Assembly: GCA_013115145.1 (NCBI GenBank)
Contig: JAAPAO010000012.1
Location: forward strand, 1 to 64,000
Reading direction: 5' to 3'
Length of the DNA: 64,000 nucleotides
Source of the DNA: Perkinsus chesapeaki ATCC PRA-425
Lineage: Eukaryota; Protista; Perkinsozoa
The notes beneath the pieces are model-generated. The model was not told where the DNA came from and did not search any database. It saw nothing but the letters and a program-made list of their open reading frames with translations. This document shows, piece by piece, positions 62,801 through 64,000 of the stretch (positions are counted from its first letter, which is position 1; each line of letters begins with the position of its first letter). The position numbers and the translations under genes were made by a program.

Positions 62801-64000
62801 TGCCCAACCTCCCCAGTCTTGTGATAATCGATCCTAATATCGAACTCTTCCGGCTGCAACCCAAATTGAAGCCCATAGTGCCTCTGGCGATGGACCGGGC
62901 TATCAGGGACATCGTCACAGCAGGTAGGATACAGAAGAAGAAGAAGGATCAGCCTGGTGGAAGAATGGTGGTGCTCTTTAGTGGTGGAGCGTAGTGTGTC
63001 TATAGCGACGCTTACGACCAAGCAGGTCGTGCTGAAGGATCTTGCGATGGAGCCAGATGAGCAGGTTGTCCGCAAAGCTGCCCAGCTGATGGTCACTAAC
63101 CTGGCCGGAGCTCTGGCCCTCGTCACTTGCCGGTAGGATATTGAGAAGGCTAGCAGCAGGGCATGGTGTGATTAGGGAACCACTGAGGATATCCTTGACC
63201 AATCATCTTAAGGCTCTGTTGAACCCAGGCAATGCGGCTCCTCCACAGGACTACCAGGAGAATGCCCTCATCGACCAGGTAGGTTGGAAGTGCAGCTTCA
63301 TCATCAATAGTAATATTAAAAACAAGTGGAATTGTTAATACCATGTCGGATACTACTGCGCTATTCGAACGTCCTCCTCCTCGTTCAGAAGGGATATCTC
63401 TTCATCCCCTTCGGTGTCTTTATTATTACCCCCCTCCAGCTTCGAACCCTCGGTTTTCATGGAGGAGGCCGGAAACTCAGGAATTGGTTCCTATGGTCGT
63501 TGCAGGTCATTTCAACGGTCACCGCGGAGAACCTGGAGTTGGGCTGCCAGCTCATCGAGAAGATTGTGTGCGAGAGAGCTGTGAAGGAGATCGACGTGGT
63601 CTTCCATCCTGTACGTACCCCAGGCGAAGCTGGTTGATCCAATTTCGTGCGTCAGGCTTACGAGGCCCGCCGGAGCCACAGGGAGAAGTACGGCCCCAAC
63701 GGACCTCAATTCGTGGACACTGAGTTTTACAACGTCAACGGGACATGGCCCAACGCTCTGCCCAGCAGCCTTCGACCAAGACCTGGCCCGCTGCCGGCCA
63801 GGGAGCTCCGGGTAGGTGGAACCGAGTCCGGCTGTTCGATGCTCTGATTGATGTCACTCATGGCTCGCTGTTGGCTGAACGGCGACATCCACGTTGTGTT
63901 GGACAGTGGTGGGTTGTCAGGTGTACCGCGATTTCCTGACTAAGGTGAGGGCTCCAGCGACGGGTGGAGTGCCACCGCCAATGAGCGGTGCGGTGCCGGC
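59885..64000 (+). CDS. CNOT1: CCR4-NOT complex subunit 1 (truncated by window end)
   Basis: IFEHMIVNLCDELRFITRYPSNELRITAELIG (TTP-binding region), FQWFSMYMVKSRV and ALKNLGTWLG...RPPNPWS (CAF1-binding MIF4G), LFRLQPKLKPIVPLAMDRAIRDI (DUF3819-like). Confidence 0.95.

Overview
Gene-dense, intron-rich eukaryotic protist DNA, most like Perkinsus (Alveolata). This is inferred from the ~40-80 nt GT-AG introns, an apicomplexan-type calcium-dependent protein kinase, and long same-strand gene runs with very short spacers. All gene models below were spliced by eye, so ends are approximate where stated. Minus block (1-13.5 kb): a 14-Cys secreted protein, an EF-hand-like protein, an SLC12 cation-chloride cotransporter, a Myb/SANT-like protein and an OS-9/MRH + PA-domain mosaic. 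Plus block (13.8-41.5 kb): a TPPP/p25-alpha protein; a type I membrane protein with two 8-Cys repeats, two bacterial-type Ig folds and a cytosolic HPD (J-like) domain; a RING protein; several orphans; ORC5; and a tandem array of secreted histidine acid phosphatases (two intact-looking copies, one frameshifted copy, one 3' fragment). After that: CDPK, a Lys/Glu-rich protein, a PH protein, RsfS/MALSU1, an RRM protein, a multi-KH protein and an N-terminally short CNOT1 that runs off the window. I found no CRISPR array, rRNA, intact tRNA or autonomous mobile element. The strongest novelty candidates are the receptor-like J-domain protein with its 8-Cys module, the split MRH/PA mosaic, the actively evolving phosphatase array with a hairpin insertion upstream of one copy, and tRNA-like B-box remnants.
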